Notes under the pieces: model-generated
Told to the model about the DNA's origin: nothing
The model's input: only the letters and a program-made list of their open reading frames with translations
Database searches by the model: none
From: Chrysomallon squamiferum
Taxonomy: Eukaryota > Animalia > Mollusca
Reading direction: 5' to 3'
DNA length: 64,000 nucleotides
Assembly (NCBI GenBank): GCA_012295275.1
Contig: CM022671.1
Span: 33,976,001 to 34,040,000 of the forward strand
Shown here: positions 1 to 14,320 of the stretch, piece by piece
How positions within the stretch are numbered: the stretch's first letter is position 1
Layout of the letters: every line of letters begins with the position of its first letter
Position numbers and translations under genes: made by a program

Positions 1-380
1 TGTGCGCTACCCACACGTTAGGGCCGAAAGTTTAAAGCAACATAAAAAACCCAGCTAACGGTCCGATACCGTATGCGTGTATAAACTGTCACTTCGATCG
101 GCCGTCTTGTAAAAAGACAATGCAAATCAAAGATCTGAAAGCGAGTTCCATGCCAGACGACAGTGACTGTTGTACGCTGATACGTAGTTGTAATTGCTGC
201 AGATAACCGGTTTCCGTGCGGCCGAGTTTAACGTCGCGGGAACGAACTAACAAAAGGTTAAAGCATTTATTTTATCTAGTGCAGCTGATTAATTTCGCAG
301 AACCATTGTTCTAGGGACACGCTGCATACCTGAGAGTGAACGTACGCGTGTACCTCTGCGTTTGTCCTCATCACTACATT

Positions 381-527
381 TGTGGCTGATGACTGTAGTT
401 ATGTGTTGATGAATATAGTGTGTGCTGATGACTGTAGTTATGTGTTGATGAATATAGTGTGTGCTGATGACTGTAGTTATGTGTTGATGAATTTAGTGTG
501 TGCTGATGACTGTAGCTATGCGTTGAT
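381..527. repeat. 39-bp minisatellite, about 4 copies
   Basis: Unit gctgatgactgtagttatgtgttgatgaatatagtgtgt starts at 385, 424, 463 and 502. Confidence 0.9.
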
Positions 528-648
528 AAACACAGCTATGTATTGATAACTGTTGATGAATGTATATGTGTTAATATGTATGTTGTTCTTTAGTGTTCGC
601 TTTCTCTGTTTGTGCAGCACGTAATATCAGTGTGTATAAATATTATTC

Positions 649-920
649 ACATACATACACAGACATACATACATACATAAAATACATATACACATATATA
701 TAGACATGCACATGTTTGCATCCATACACACATTCATATATATATACATACGTACAAACATACATATATAATACATATATACATACATACATACATGCAT
801 ACATACATACACACATGCATACACACCTACATGCATGTATAGACATACATGCACGCATACATACATACATACATACATACATACATACATACATACATAC
901 ACACACAGAAATCCATGCAT
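649..920. repeat. Degenerate (CATA)n/(CA)n microsatellite
   Basis: Read directly. It explains the spurious ORFs at 627-1036. Confidence 0.9.
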
Positions 921-1295
921 ACGTAAACGGAGACAGATCGAGAGACTACATATACAAAAACAATGACATTCTTAATGTATTACTCATTCCTTTCTTCTTC
1001 TTTTGTTTTTTTTTTGTTTCTCTCTCTATGATTTAGCTGTGACCTTAGTCGTATTAACAGCAACTGTGCTGTTGTTGTGTCGCCGTCCTCAGCACCGTGT
1101 CAGTGGAACAACGTTATTTCCGTAACGGAAAATGCGGCTAACACAATGGTTAAATCACACTGTGGTTAAATCACACTGTCACGTTACGATGAGATTCATA
1201 TTACACAGAATACGCATCTGGGTTCAAGTAAGAATCAAAAGGATTCGAATTTGTTTCAACTTTGTACTAAGCGCTATAATACAAGGATTAATATT

Positions 1296-1460
<165 letters not shown>

Positions 1461-2049
1461 CCTCTACACAAACAGAAAGACGGGCAGATTAACACAGAGA
1501 GAGATAGCTAAGTAGATAGATATGTTTGTATGTTTGTATGTATGTATATGTATATGTGTGTGTATCTGTATGCTAATATTTTATTACTTATATGCACACA
1601 CGTACATACATACACACATACAAACCCACTCATTTACATACATGGAGAGACAAGCCCATTAAAGCAACAAAAAAAAAAAACAACAAAAAAAACATAAAAT
1701 CGAAAAAAAGTCTTTATTTTTCTTTTGACCTATTTCTTGTGACGGATCTAACAGTGTATTTAACTCATTACCTGCAAGTCACCCAACGACATTTGTTTAT
1801 CTAAAAAATCTCTCGCTTTGAAAAATACCCAGAGCTACAGCAAAAGGGTTTTCTTTCAATAAAGAAACAGCTTTATGTGTTTGCCTTTCAGACGCAACTG
1901 AATATAAACTTAGGCGTACAAAGTCGTAATTAAATATTTTTGTGAACGTAATTTATGACTGTTGTGAATAGAAAGTACGATTGAGATGGTAACCTTGGAG
2001 TCATTTGTCACTGAACAGCGAGTAATTCATATTATTTGGATATGAAGAT

Positions 2050-2103
<54 letters not shown>

Positions 2104-2342
2104 GTATGTGTGTATGTGGGTGTTTATGTTTGTGTGTGTGTATGTTTGTGTGTCTGCGTGCGTGTTTGGTCGTGCGTGTGAGTGTCTGTGTGTGTAAGTT
2201 TCTGTGTGTATGTTTTCGTGTGCATTAGTGCGTGTGTGTGTGTTTCTTTCTGTGTGTGTGCAAGTGTTAATGTGTGCGTGATTCGGATACACGTATGGAG
2301 AGACACACACCAAAGTAAGAGAATAAGTAAATAATATAAATA

Positions 2343-2345
2343 ATG

Positions 2346-2391
<46 letters not shown>

Positions 2392-2405
2392 TGATAATAA
2401 TAATA

Positions 2406-2472
<67 letters not shown>

Positions 2473-2527
2473 TAATAATAATAATAATACTAATGATAAT
2501 GATAATAATAATAATGATAATAATAAT
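2343..2527. repeat. (AAT)n microsatellite
   Basis: Read directly. Confidence 0.95.
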
Positions 2528-3022
2528 TAATGTTTAACAATGTCGTTGAAAATGAAGGGAAAAAAATAGAAAGCAAACAAAAAACATTTAGACATTGTAA
2601 TAAGTTAAATTTAAATATTTTATTTACATCAAAACACACACTGAAATACGTTTTATTTACTATGTACAAAATGGGACATTAGTCTACTTGGCGGTGCGTA
2701 CATACATACGTACGTACGTACGTTCACACCCAAAATAACTCATAAAATTAAGTAAAAATGAAACAGGTTTGTACAAGATATTTAAGTCAGTTTTTAAGGA
2801 TTTTTTTTTAAAAGAAGATTAAATTATATAATTACACGTTGTGCAGTGAAGATAAGAAATTCCGAATATTAAATATCTGTACAACAGAAATGAAAAATTT
2901 CTGGCTTCAGTTTTCTCGGTGTCATTTTCTGTTCTTCCTTCTTTTTCCTTTTTTTTTTTTTTTTTTTTTTTCAATTTTTTTTTTTAATTTATTTTACCTT
3001 TTATTATTATATTTATTTTATT

Positions 3023-3064
<42 letters not shown>

Positions 3065-3164
3065 TTTTTTTTTAACAAAGTAGGTTATTTGTTATGTAAC
3101 ATCGCCAGTACGGTTTCTAACCGTCACATAATTTGTAGATGTTATTAACAGTTAGTCGTAAAAT

Positions 3165-3365
3165 CAGCGCCGATGTTTGCCTTCCCTGCCCCCTAATTTA
3201 AATAAAGCTTGGAGGCCACAAATTATTTATACTGAATTTCATATTTTATTATAAATGTTATTATCATCTCTATTATCATCATCATCATTATTATCAGTAT
3301 TGTTATGATTGTGCTCTGAAGCCCTAAGCTTTATTTTGTTTCGCTAATTTCCTAAATCCGGTCTG
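3165..3365. mobile_element. Possible decayed hAT-type MITE
   Basis: The ends cagcgccgatgttt and taaatccggtctg resemble degenerate CAGGGCCGGATTTA-type terminal inverted repeats. There is no clean target-site duplication. Confidence 0.3.
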
Positions 3366-4309
3366 CATTAAAACACTGCTTCGACTTTCAGCTTTTAATC
3401 ACACGATACAGTTATACTTATATTCTGTACAATAATATACAAGTGGTGAAACAATGTCATGAACTGATAAAACTTAATGACGTATGTGTTCATTAACTGC
3501 ACTTCAAAGGGCCGTAACTGTGACATTCACAAGCGTATATATATACAGAGTTGCAACAGCACAAAACGTCTATCGGTATCCGAATACAGACATTTTTGAA
3601 GAAAAAAAAACAAACAATCAGTTTACAGACATCTCGTACCTACCCATACCACCAAGCACTGGTTAATTTTGTGTCTAGCGCGAAAAATAAAAGAGATTAT
3701 TTGAAATAACTTTAGGGACGAACTGTTTAATAATAATAAATTAAAAAACATTATTATTATTTTTAACTTATTATTTTGGGGTTTTGGGGTTTTTTTTTCT
3801 ATGTACAAATTTACATAATTTTTGAGATATCAAAATGAACTGTTATCATTAAAAAGAATAAAAGTATTTAGATATATCTTCTCGACCTGACAATGTGTTG
3901 TTTAATAATAATTATATATATTAATTTAGATTTTTCAAAAACGGTAGAATGACTAAACAGTGATATAAGGAACGCTTTTAAAGATGTGTCTAGCAAGTGT
4001 TAATAAAAACAAATAAAACTGAAATAGCCTTAATTCACACTGCAGCCAGATATTATTCCTTCCATGATTCTCAGGTACCACCCAACAGCATATTTCAACT
4101 GAACTATCACAGAGTGTATACGATCAGCAGTAGAATTCTGACTTAGCTTGCCGAGCCGACGATTCTACCACTTTATCTCTAAAACGTATAGTTTAATATC
4201 GCTATATCAGAAATATAATTTTTTTTTTTTTTTTTTTTTTTTTCGTTGCCTGTTTGGACTGCTACGCTTTAACATTTTATTAATTACATCACAAATTCGA
4301 CGTCTAAGG

Positions 4310-5264
4310 TCACCAGGCGGATTTCAGGTCGTAGCCTCCTTTTTTCTTCCGCGTGTTGTTCTCGCTGGGCCAGTTGGCGAGACCCCCGCTGATAGCAGAC
4401 GTGCTGTTCTTCCTCTTCGCGTTTTCCGCCAGCCAGCTCGGCTTCTCCTCTGACTCTAGTGCGCCAAGCGAAACAGAGCTCGTCTTGCGGTACTCGATTC
4501 CTTTCACGTCTTCGCGTGAGACGTCGTAGTCTGTCCACGGAACCCCGGCAGACGACAGGCCTTTCATGTCGATCTCTTCGTAGTGGCTGTCGTTGTCTCT
4601 GCTAGTCGCGCCGCGGCTCCAGTCCGCCGCGCAGACGTCGCCCGAGTCACGTCTGCTGCCCTCCATGAGATGAGTGACGCTGCGCTTTCTTTCCCTAGAG
4701 GTGCCGTTGCTAGGTAACGTACTGTCGTAGTCCGGCTGTATGCGGTCTTCGTAGAGCGATCTGGCGTTAGTGTACCCGCTGTCTGGCACTAAAGTTCTTT
4801 GGTAGAGCGTCGAGGTCGATGGAGGAACTACAGGACGCAGATCGAGCACTTCCGGGTCACGGAAGTAAACGTCGTTATCGAAACTACCCGTGGTGGTTTG
4901 AATGGAAACAGGCGACGCTGTGGAATTAGTTGGAACTTCGTATTTACCTCTGCAAAATAAAATCGATTTACCTTCTTTATGTGGGTGTATTATACACATG
5001 CTTGGTGTTACATAGCTGAAACTATAATATGTTATATAATTGTCAGATAATTATTGTTTTTAATATTTCATCCACAGTAGTGTGGCAAACGTGAATTATG
5101 AATAGATAAAACAAGTAATGAAATGGTACATATATGCATACACGCATAACTTTAATTATTAATTAACAAATACACAATAATACAATTATAATGATTAAAG
5201 ATATACTTACGTTTTCTTGAATTTTATAACTTTCCTACAAAATTAAAATAAATAAATAAATGAA

Positions 5265-5295
<31 letters not shown>

Positions 5296-6624
5296 ATATG
5301 TGCCTCATTTTTACTATAAAGTAACAAAACATTTATGTCATATTTTTTTCTGCTTTTACTTGCATTATAAATTGTGTTTGCACATTTGTAGATACAAATA
5401 CATACATACATACATATATACATACATACATACATACACGCTTACACAGAAACATATATACACACACAGACATACATATACAGACAGAGACAAAGATACA
5501 CACACACACACACACACAAATACAAATGTAAATGTACCTTTTTCCTGCCCAGATGACGCAGAAAATCGAAATGATGGCGACAACAACGGTAAGAACAACA
5601 AAACCAATTCCTAGGTACCACAAATACTGCTTTCCCGACTGAAACACAAACACGACAGTCGGGCAAAAAGAAAATAAGACAACCAACCAGATAAATAAAT
5701 ATATAAATACGTTTTACACATTCATGTCTGTGTGTATGTGAATGTACATAAGCGCGGATGATGGAGAGTGTGGAGGGGCGTGTGGGAGGGGTGGATTACT
5801 GTGGGTGTTTATTATCTAAAGCCCTAACTTAAATACTATAACTTGCTTTTTCATCGAATATGAAACTTCTCAATAAAAATTGTAACTACAAACATTTCTA
5901 TCGTTAATATACTATCACCCGACAGGCAACTGTGAAGTGAAATACATCATCTCGGTACGTTCATTCTGTGTAACCTACATACTACAACAGAGCGATTACT
6001 CAGTGTACAACTATTCCAATTACTCGGTCGCTAATCAGTATACAGATATTGTTTAGATTAAAGACAAACAACATCGTATATCAGTGTACAAATATTGTTT
6101 AGATTAAAGACAAACAACATCGTATATCAGTGTGCAAATATTGTTTAGTTTAAAGACAGACAAGACAATACGGCACATCAGTATACCTCGTCATTTTCTT
6201 CAGCTGAACTGTCGTTGGTGGGATGGGATTTTTCTGAAAAACAAATGACAAATTTGCATTAAAACATTAGTGGTTGGGTTTCTTATGAAAACTGATGTTG
6301 TTGTTGGTGTTTGTTGCTACTAATGTTCATGGGTAAACAACGGCATGCCAGTCGTGTTTTGTAGTCGTTTATTTTGATGATAAGGTTGACGATCAGTGAT
6401 GGTTCATGTCGTCGTTATGCGAATCGCCTAAATAACATCATCATCATCATCATCATCATCCTAATCATTATTATTATCATCATCATCATCATTATTATAT
6501 TTATTATTATTATTGATTTTTTTCATTATTTTTTGTTATTGATTTTATTACTATTATTATTATTATTATTATTATTATCATCATCATTATTATTTTTTTA
6601 TTATTATTACTATTATTATTGCCT

Positions 6625-6659
<35 letters not shown>

Positions 6660-7076
6660 ATTTCAATAGTTTTGATTTGTTTATCTTCTTCGTTTGTTTG
6701 TTTGTTTGTTTGTAACTTCTAGGATACCTTCAGAAACACTCAGTAAAATGCCATCACTTGTTTTCTTTTGTTCTCGCAGCAGGACAGCGACTGGCGACTT
6801 GTCCTTGACCTCACACGAGCCTCCCTTCCACCCCGCTACACAGTGACACTTGTACCCCGGGTTAATCTCTTCACAGGTGCCGCCATTTTTACAAGGATTT
6901 CTGGGACAGCTTGGAACGATGACCTCGCAGTATCGGCCTGTATTTGTGCACAGAAACGATTATTATTAATAATAAATCGTAACTTCTGCAATGGTTATTT
7001 GAAGAAGAAATAAATCAATTACGTTAAATGTTACCAAAAATCAATATACGTGAAATAATTTAACTTTAAAGAATAA

Positions 7077-7133
<57 letters not shown>

Positions 7134-8757
7134 TCATCATCATGATTAGTATTCTCATTATCATGATCAGTATTATTATTATTAACTTCATAGTGATTGT
7201 TATTGTTATCAAAACTATTATGATGATGCTAATGATTAGTAGTAGTAGTAGTAGTAGTAGTTGTTGTTGTTGTTGTAGTAGTAGAAAAAGAAGACGTAGT
7301 AGTAGTAGCAGTAATTGCAGCACTGACCGGTGGAGACGCCTGAACGACAGTTACAGCGGAAAGATCCAACTAAGTTTATACACTGGCCGCCATTTTTACA
7401 AATGTGTTCTTCACACTCGTTTTTATCTTCATTGCACCTTGCACCTGTGAACCCTGAAAGATTTATTCAAATATATATGTGTGTGTGTGTGTGTGTATGT
7501 GTGTGTGTGTGTGTTAACAAGCAGTAGACAGATATACAGATAGACAGACAGGCAGAGAGAAAGTTAGGCGGTCAGCAGACATATCTGTGTGTGTCTATAT
7601 ATATGTATATGTATATGCAGAAACAGACTGACAGATAGGCAAAAGGTATCATATGAGGTTTAATGAAAAAGACATACCAACACATACCAATTATATATAA
7701 ATATATATAAATATAACAAAACAAAGACTATGGCAATAACAGTCACGTTCTGACATTTAACAACTGTTCCATCTGAAATATATTGAATTATGTTCAATAT
7801 GTACATGTACATATACAAGCGACCACCCACTACGTACCTGGCCTGCACACGAGATCCCCTGTCCAGGGGTGACACACCCTGTTTTCGTGTGGGTTGGTGA
7901 TCTGACAGAATTTCTGACAAGTTGGTCCGTAGAAATTTGGATGACAATAGAGAGACAGCATAAGAACCAGTCTGAAATGAATGAACGAGTGAATGGGTGA
8001 TTGAGTGAATGAATGAATAAATGAATGAATATAATTCAATATATATATATATATCAAAAGGAACAGTTATTAAATGTCAGAACTTTACTGTTGTTGCTGT
8101 TGCCTTTGTTTTGCTATGTTATTTTTGTTTTTGTTGTTCGTATCCATTTGTTTCTTTTTGTCGTTTTTGTTGCTGATTCATTTTTAGTTGTTTTGTTTTT
8201 GTTTTTTGTTATTATTTATTTTTTCCGCTGTTGTCCAAACAACATACTATAGATTCCCTTTCCTGTTAAATAAAATAACTAAAGAAGGATTCACACTAAA
8301 CGAGTTACTGTAATGATTTCTAAAATTAATGTGATATTGTTTACAGTCTGAAAACATTATGTTGTTATTGTTGTATCTGTTTTTCCTATTATGTTTCTCT
8401 TTGCTGCTAATGATGATGATGATGATGACGGTAATGACGTTGTTGTTGTTGTTGTTACTCACGTGGCACGTCCACTAAGAGAAACCTCTGTGTAGCGTGG
8501 TGACGTGACCTGTGTGTTTGGAGTCGCTGTCACATTCAGTGATAACTTTTCTTTGCACTGCGTTCTAATGTCAGCTGGTGTCCCGCAGCATTCCACATAC
8601 ACGTCTAGCACCAGTGACCCCTGTAGTAGTAATAATAATAATAAAAACAACAACAATAACAGTATTAAGCTTATGATGATGATGATGATGATGAAAATAA
8701 TAAATAATACAAGAAGAAGAAGAAGTAGATAGGAAACAAAATATGGACAAAATACAA

Positions 8758-8840
<83 letters not shown>

Positions 8841-9504
8841 GTGTGTGTGTGTGTGTGTGGAAGAACACAAAAAAGAAAGACTGAAAAAAATAAAATAAAG
8901 AAACAAATAAAATAACGATATAGAATTAAATAAATAACTAAAAACTGTAACAGAAAACGTGCAATCAGTGATACAGAATAAAGAAAATGCAGACGGGAAT
9001 AAAAAAAAAAAACACAAATCAATAAGAGAATATCACATTAAAGAGACCAGGTGTAACAAGTTAACATACTAACCACCCAGGACTGGAATCTGTACTGTAC
9101 TGGGTTTCTCAGTGGAGTTGGGGATATGCGAAGAGGCCTGTTACCGAACAGCACCTGATCTCGACCAGACACGGGCGCGCTTCCCCGACTGACATCCGCC
9201 TGGGTCAGGGGAATTTCTTCATGTCCCAGATCGCAAGACGAATTATTTGACCTTGAAGCGAATTTTTTTTTTTAAATTCCAGTTAATAGTGAAAAAAGAA
9301 CCAAAGTAATATTATTATAAAACCAAATAATTAATAGTAAATCATAATGATGATAATGTTGATTGTGATAATGGTTGATGATAATGACGACGACATTGAT
9401 GATGATGATAATGATGATGATGATGATGACAGACAGATAGATAGATAGACAGACAGAGAAAGAAAGAAAGAAAGAAAAAAAAGAAAAAGTTTTACAGATA
9501 AAAT

Positions 9505-9603
<99 letters not shown>

Positions 9604-9999
9604 TACAACTCACGTGCTCCTCAGACACAAGTAAAATCTGTATTTCGGAGGAGATGAGCACTGCGCATTGTTAAGCCATGGTTTGAAGAGTTCGTCAGAA
9701 TGTTGAGTGGACTTCACGTTGCTATTGACGACGCCCTGGGGCTTCTGTCCAGTGTGCTGTCCAGTGTGCTGACCGCCATATTGCAACGTATAGGACACGA
9801 ACCCTATTTCAAATACCCCGGATGTTTGGGATATCTAAAAATAAATTCGTTTATTTTCAGTTTCGTTTTATTTTTTAAAAGTCATTATTGTATTTGGTTT
9901 TTTGTTGTTATTTTTATTATTATTGTTGTTGTTCTTGTTATGGTTATTATTACTTTATTATTATAATTATTTTTCTTCTTCTTCTTCTTCTTCTTCTTC

Positions 10000-10040
<41 letters not shown>

Positions 10041-11901
10041 GTTGTTGTTGTCGTTGTTGTTTTTGTCATTGATGTTGTTGTCGTTGATGTTGTTATTGTT
10101 GATGCATATGATGGTACAAATCGTTATTAATGTCTTAATTATTACACTTGTTGTTTTTGACATCGTCGTTGTGATTGTTGATGTCAATAAGCGATTTTTT
10201 CATAATTACATGAATCAAATTTATCCTCAGGCCAGTCGTCAGTATCTTTAAATTGCTTTCTGAATATAATTTTCTTTTTCCACTTATTTATTTATTTATT
10301 TATTTTTATTATTTTTTATTGTCACTAATATCTTAATGACTATTGTTATTATAATTACTGCTACTACTACTACTACTGTAACTATTATTACTAATACTAT
10401 TATTACTACTACTACTACTACTACTGTAATATTATTACTAATACTATTATTACTACTACTACTACTACTATTATTATTATTATTATTACTGTTACTATAA
10501 TATTTAATAGTTTTTGGGTGTGATATTGTTAAAAAGGCAGATAGACAAAAAAACAGACATAAACAGATTGACAGACAAATAGACAGATATAAAGAGAGAC
10601 AGACAAAACACAGGGAGACAGACAGACAAAATAGACAAACAGACGGACAGACAGATATAGACAAACAGACAGACAGACATACAGAAAGATAAATTCATAT
10701 ATGTTGCAATTTTCTCATAATTCACAAATATAAAATAAGTAATATAATTTAAAAAGCTAAATAATTAAATGTTTATTCATTACGAATTAAAGGTTTACTT
10801 AGTACGCTAGAAACAAGTGTTTGCCATCAATCAAAGTTATTAGTCAGTGGGTGTTTCTTTTTGCAGTATAAACGTTTCCCCAAGCTATAGTTTTACCTTC
10901 CACCTATCATGATTTCATTTCTACCTTTATCACTTTTGTAAATGTAATTAATTTTTAGTTATAGAAACTGATAAAAGGTCTCAAATAAAAATAATAATTT
11001 ATTTATTTATTTATTTATCGATCTATCTAAAAGTCTATCTCTCTATCTATCTATCTAGATAGCTATGTCTGTATATCTATCCGTCTATCTATCTATTAAT
11101 TATGTGTGTGATGTAAGTAATCAAACTATCTTTATGAAAAGGTAATTCTAATAATAATAGTAATAATGATAACAACAACAATAATAATAATAATAGTAAT
11201 AATAATAATAGTAATCCACAAAAACAAATCAGTTTTAATTCATAGTAATTAAATTACGCTAAACTGCAACTAGAAAGTTCCTTTCAATTTGTACGTAGAA
11301 ATTTTTCTTCATGATATATACCACTGTAGAAAAATAAAGAACTTATAGCAAACATAGGACATTTATACTGAGTGCAAAATTAACTATATGCCTTTGACAT
11401 ATTGGATATTTTTAACTATGCTGAAGACACACACACACCTAGACACACATACACACACACACACTTATTTATATATATATATATATATATAGTCAGCTAG
11501 GAATCTTTTAATAGACCATTCTACATACCAGGAAATTAAAACGAAATATATTCTCTTTGATAAATCTAGAACGGGAAATAACCCAGCGAGACGATTAATT
11601 CTGCTGGGACTCGAACAACCGAACCTCATAATCAAATATTTGAGAGAAAGAAACATGAACAGAATAAATTAAAATTTCAGGTTAGTTTCAGTAAAATGAC
11701 AGATTCTGAAACAGTTTTAGTAAATACAAATATTAAAACAAAAATATAATTATTTATCAGTTGAAAACACAAATGTAAACTATGCTATACGAAAAAGATC
11801 TAAATAAATAAAATGCGGAGATCACTAACATTTGTGTTGCATTTAAAAATAAAAATAAAAGTTATTAATTAGGCAGTTGCATATTGGCATTAATAAAAAC
11901 G

Positions 11902-11959
<58 letters not shown>

Positions 11960-12027
11960 TGATAATAATGATAATAATAATGATAATAATAATAATAATG
12001 ATGATGATAATGATGATGATAATAATA

Positions 12028-12062
<35 letters not shown>

Positions 12063-12173
12063 AATAAGAAGAAGAAGAAGAATTTTTAAATAAATTAATG
12101 ACAGAATGGTCACACATACCTTGAATTCGGTTAGCAAGGTGAGTAGAAGTATGGGAAAGGTACGGCAAAGCAT
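4310..12173 (-). CDS. Divergent Delta-like (DSL) type I membrane protein, paralog B: signal peptide, C2/MNNL, DSL, 2 EGF, TM, ~213-aa Tyr-rich cytoplasmic tail; ~622 aa
   Basis: Hand-spliced GT-AG exons: 12173-12120 (MLCRTFPILLLTLLTEFK), 9834-9614 (ISQTSGVFEIGF...CSSPPKYRFYLCLRS), 9251-9074 (SCDLG...NPVQYRFQSWV), 8620-8463 (GSLVLDVYVECC...), 7971-7838 (DSL: CHPNFYGPTCQKFC...VCHPWTGDLVCRP), 7453-7328 (GFTGARC plus Ca-binding EGF), 6937-6728 (EGF), 6233-6187, 5638-5538 (TM: LWYLGIGFVVLTVVVAIISIFCVIWA), 4949-4310 (tail to stop). Total 1869 nt, open frame throughout. Confidence 0.9.
6035..6186. repeat. 46-bp minisatellite, about 3 copies, abutting a splice donor
   Basis: Unit tcagtgtacaaatattgtttagattaaagacaaacaacatcgtata starts at 6035, 6081 and 6127, with a partial copy at 6178. 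Confidence 0.85.
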
Positions 12174-12199
12174 ATCACAGGTCTATCCACCATAGCGCG

Positions 12200-12420
12200 C
12201 GTGTCCGCGGAGATATGCTTCATTTGGTAACCTGCGTGATTTTACCTCGATCTTCCGGGATGCCGCCTCAATCAATCACTCCGGTAATCATAATAAGTCG
12301 ATACTCACTCGCGCCTTTAGCCCAATTGCGCTCTAGGGTTTTCAGGTTTTCGAGGTTTTCGAGTTTTTACAATCGAATCCGTGACGTCGTAATGTACATA
12401 ATGAATTAAGAAGACCGTCA
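12200..12420 (-). promoter_or_regulatory. Putative promoter/5'UTR of DSL paralog B
   Basis: CpG-rich block directly upstream of the signal-peptide exon, with a CRE-like GTGACGTC at about 12381. Confidence 0.45.
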
Positions 12421-12488
12421 TTAATCAAAAATTGTTATGAAATGGGTGTTTGGTTTAGCCGAAGTTATTTCCTTGGCGAGAGCTTTCT

Positions 12489-12536
<48 letters not shown>

Positions 12537-12619
12537 ACGTTTTTACGTTGAACAGATGTAACGAGAGATGTAAGGAGAATTACAGAGAGGAATTGAAAGA
12601 GAGTGAAAAGGCAATTAAG

Positions 12620-12777
<158 letters not shown>

Positions 12778-13357
12778 ATTAAGTTCAATTTTCGTAATGT
12801 ATTTTTTTTATCAGTAATCAGGGAATTAACTTTCTCTCTCTCATAACTGTTTCTTTCAAATATTATTTAATTACCTTCTTTTAAACCAACCCAAGTTTTT
12901 AAAATTTGTATTAATAATAAGGTAACTAAAGGTCGCCCTTGCAGGACGCCATTTTTTTTTGAATTTCTAATTTAAGTAAAATGTTTCTTCTTTTGAAACA
13001 GAAAATTATTGTATTAACATATTCCAAGATTCTAACTGAAAGACGTCCATTTTGGCCGTGGCTTGTCAGATATAAACGTAATAATACCACATCACATAAA
13101 ATATTTTTACTATATATTAACACACCATTTTGCATTGTATTTATGGTCCAAAAAAAAAAAAAAAAAAAGATTTGTGCTGCTATTTACAGAAATTCCTCTG
13201 GTCTTAGCATATAATTATAATTTTAAAGAGGATTTCCTTTATAAATAATAATTGAAACCACAATAAAAATTTAAAAAAAAATTATATTTTCACATTTAAT
13301 AACTGTTAATATTAAAAATGTTTCAGTCTTTATGCGTATTTTGTATTTGTGCTTGAG

Positions 13358-13396
<39 letters not shown>

Positions 13397-13681
13397 TTCC
13401 TCCAGTTTCTTTTCGCCTAGAGAAAAGTTGTTAAATTTCAGCATGTGTATTTGCATATTGCATATCTGTCATGTTTTTATGAGTCAGATCATTTCAAAAT
13501 TTAATAAGTCAAACTAGCGAACGAGCAGATAAATCATTCTAAGTTGGTGTTCGTGAAAACATCACTTGATTACGTGTTTATTGATTTTTGTTTAGTTTGT
13601 GCTTACTGTCTAATCTGTTTTATTTTTATTAGATCGTTCACTTAATCTCACGGGCATTGACTCCATATCTCATTCTCCCTT

Positions 13682-13744
<63 letters not shown>

Positions 13745-14083
13745 CACATACATCAGAAGTCAGATAAATTTGATACGTCAGCAGCGCCAGAAACTACGTC
13801 ATCGACAACGATGTTGTAAAAATACCAAGACCTCTACTTCAGCCCTTCCTCATAAACATCTGTAGTTGAAGGATTAAAACAATTAAAATAAAATGATAAA
13901 GTCTTTGCAAAACATTTTATTTATAAACAAAAGTCAAAGTAATTTGGACAAAGATTCATGTTTAAGATGATTGTCACTGGCCTCTATATACAAAAATATT
14001 CAATAAATGATATATGTTAATTTTGTATTTTTTGTAAAAATTATCCAGATTTCATCAGAGTAATAATAATAGTGTGTGTGTGT

Positions 14084-14131
<48 letters not shown>

Positions 14132-14269
14132 TTTAAAAGGACGTTTTTTTTTTTTTCTCTCTTTTTTATGGCATTAACAAATATCCGACATATATTTGTA
14201 CTCTTTTAAGTCTTATTCATTTTAGTATCTAACTCGCGTGTGTAACAAAACATTCTGTACATTTACATA

Positions 14270-14320
<51 letters not shown>

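Noticed and set aside
89-151. Minus-strand mini-ORF MELAFRSLICIVFLQDGRSK in a CpG-rich block, a possible signal-peptide exon of a third DSL paralog
   Set aside because: It has no convincing phase-0 donor before the stop, unlike the first exons of A and B. The block may be regulatory or UTR sequence of a gene outside the window.
381-527. 39-bp repeat containing TGATGA and CTGA, resembling a CRISPR array or C/D snoRNA cluster
   Set aside because: The units are contiguous with no unique spacers, there are no cas genes, and box spacing and terminal stems do not fit snoRNAs.
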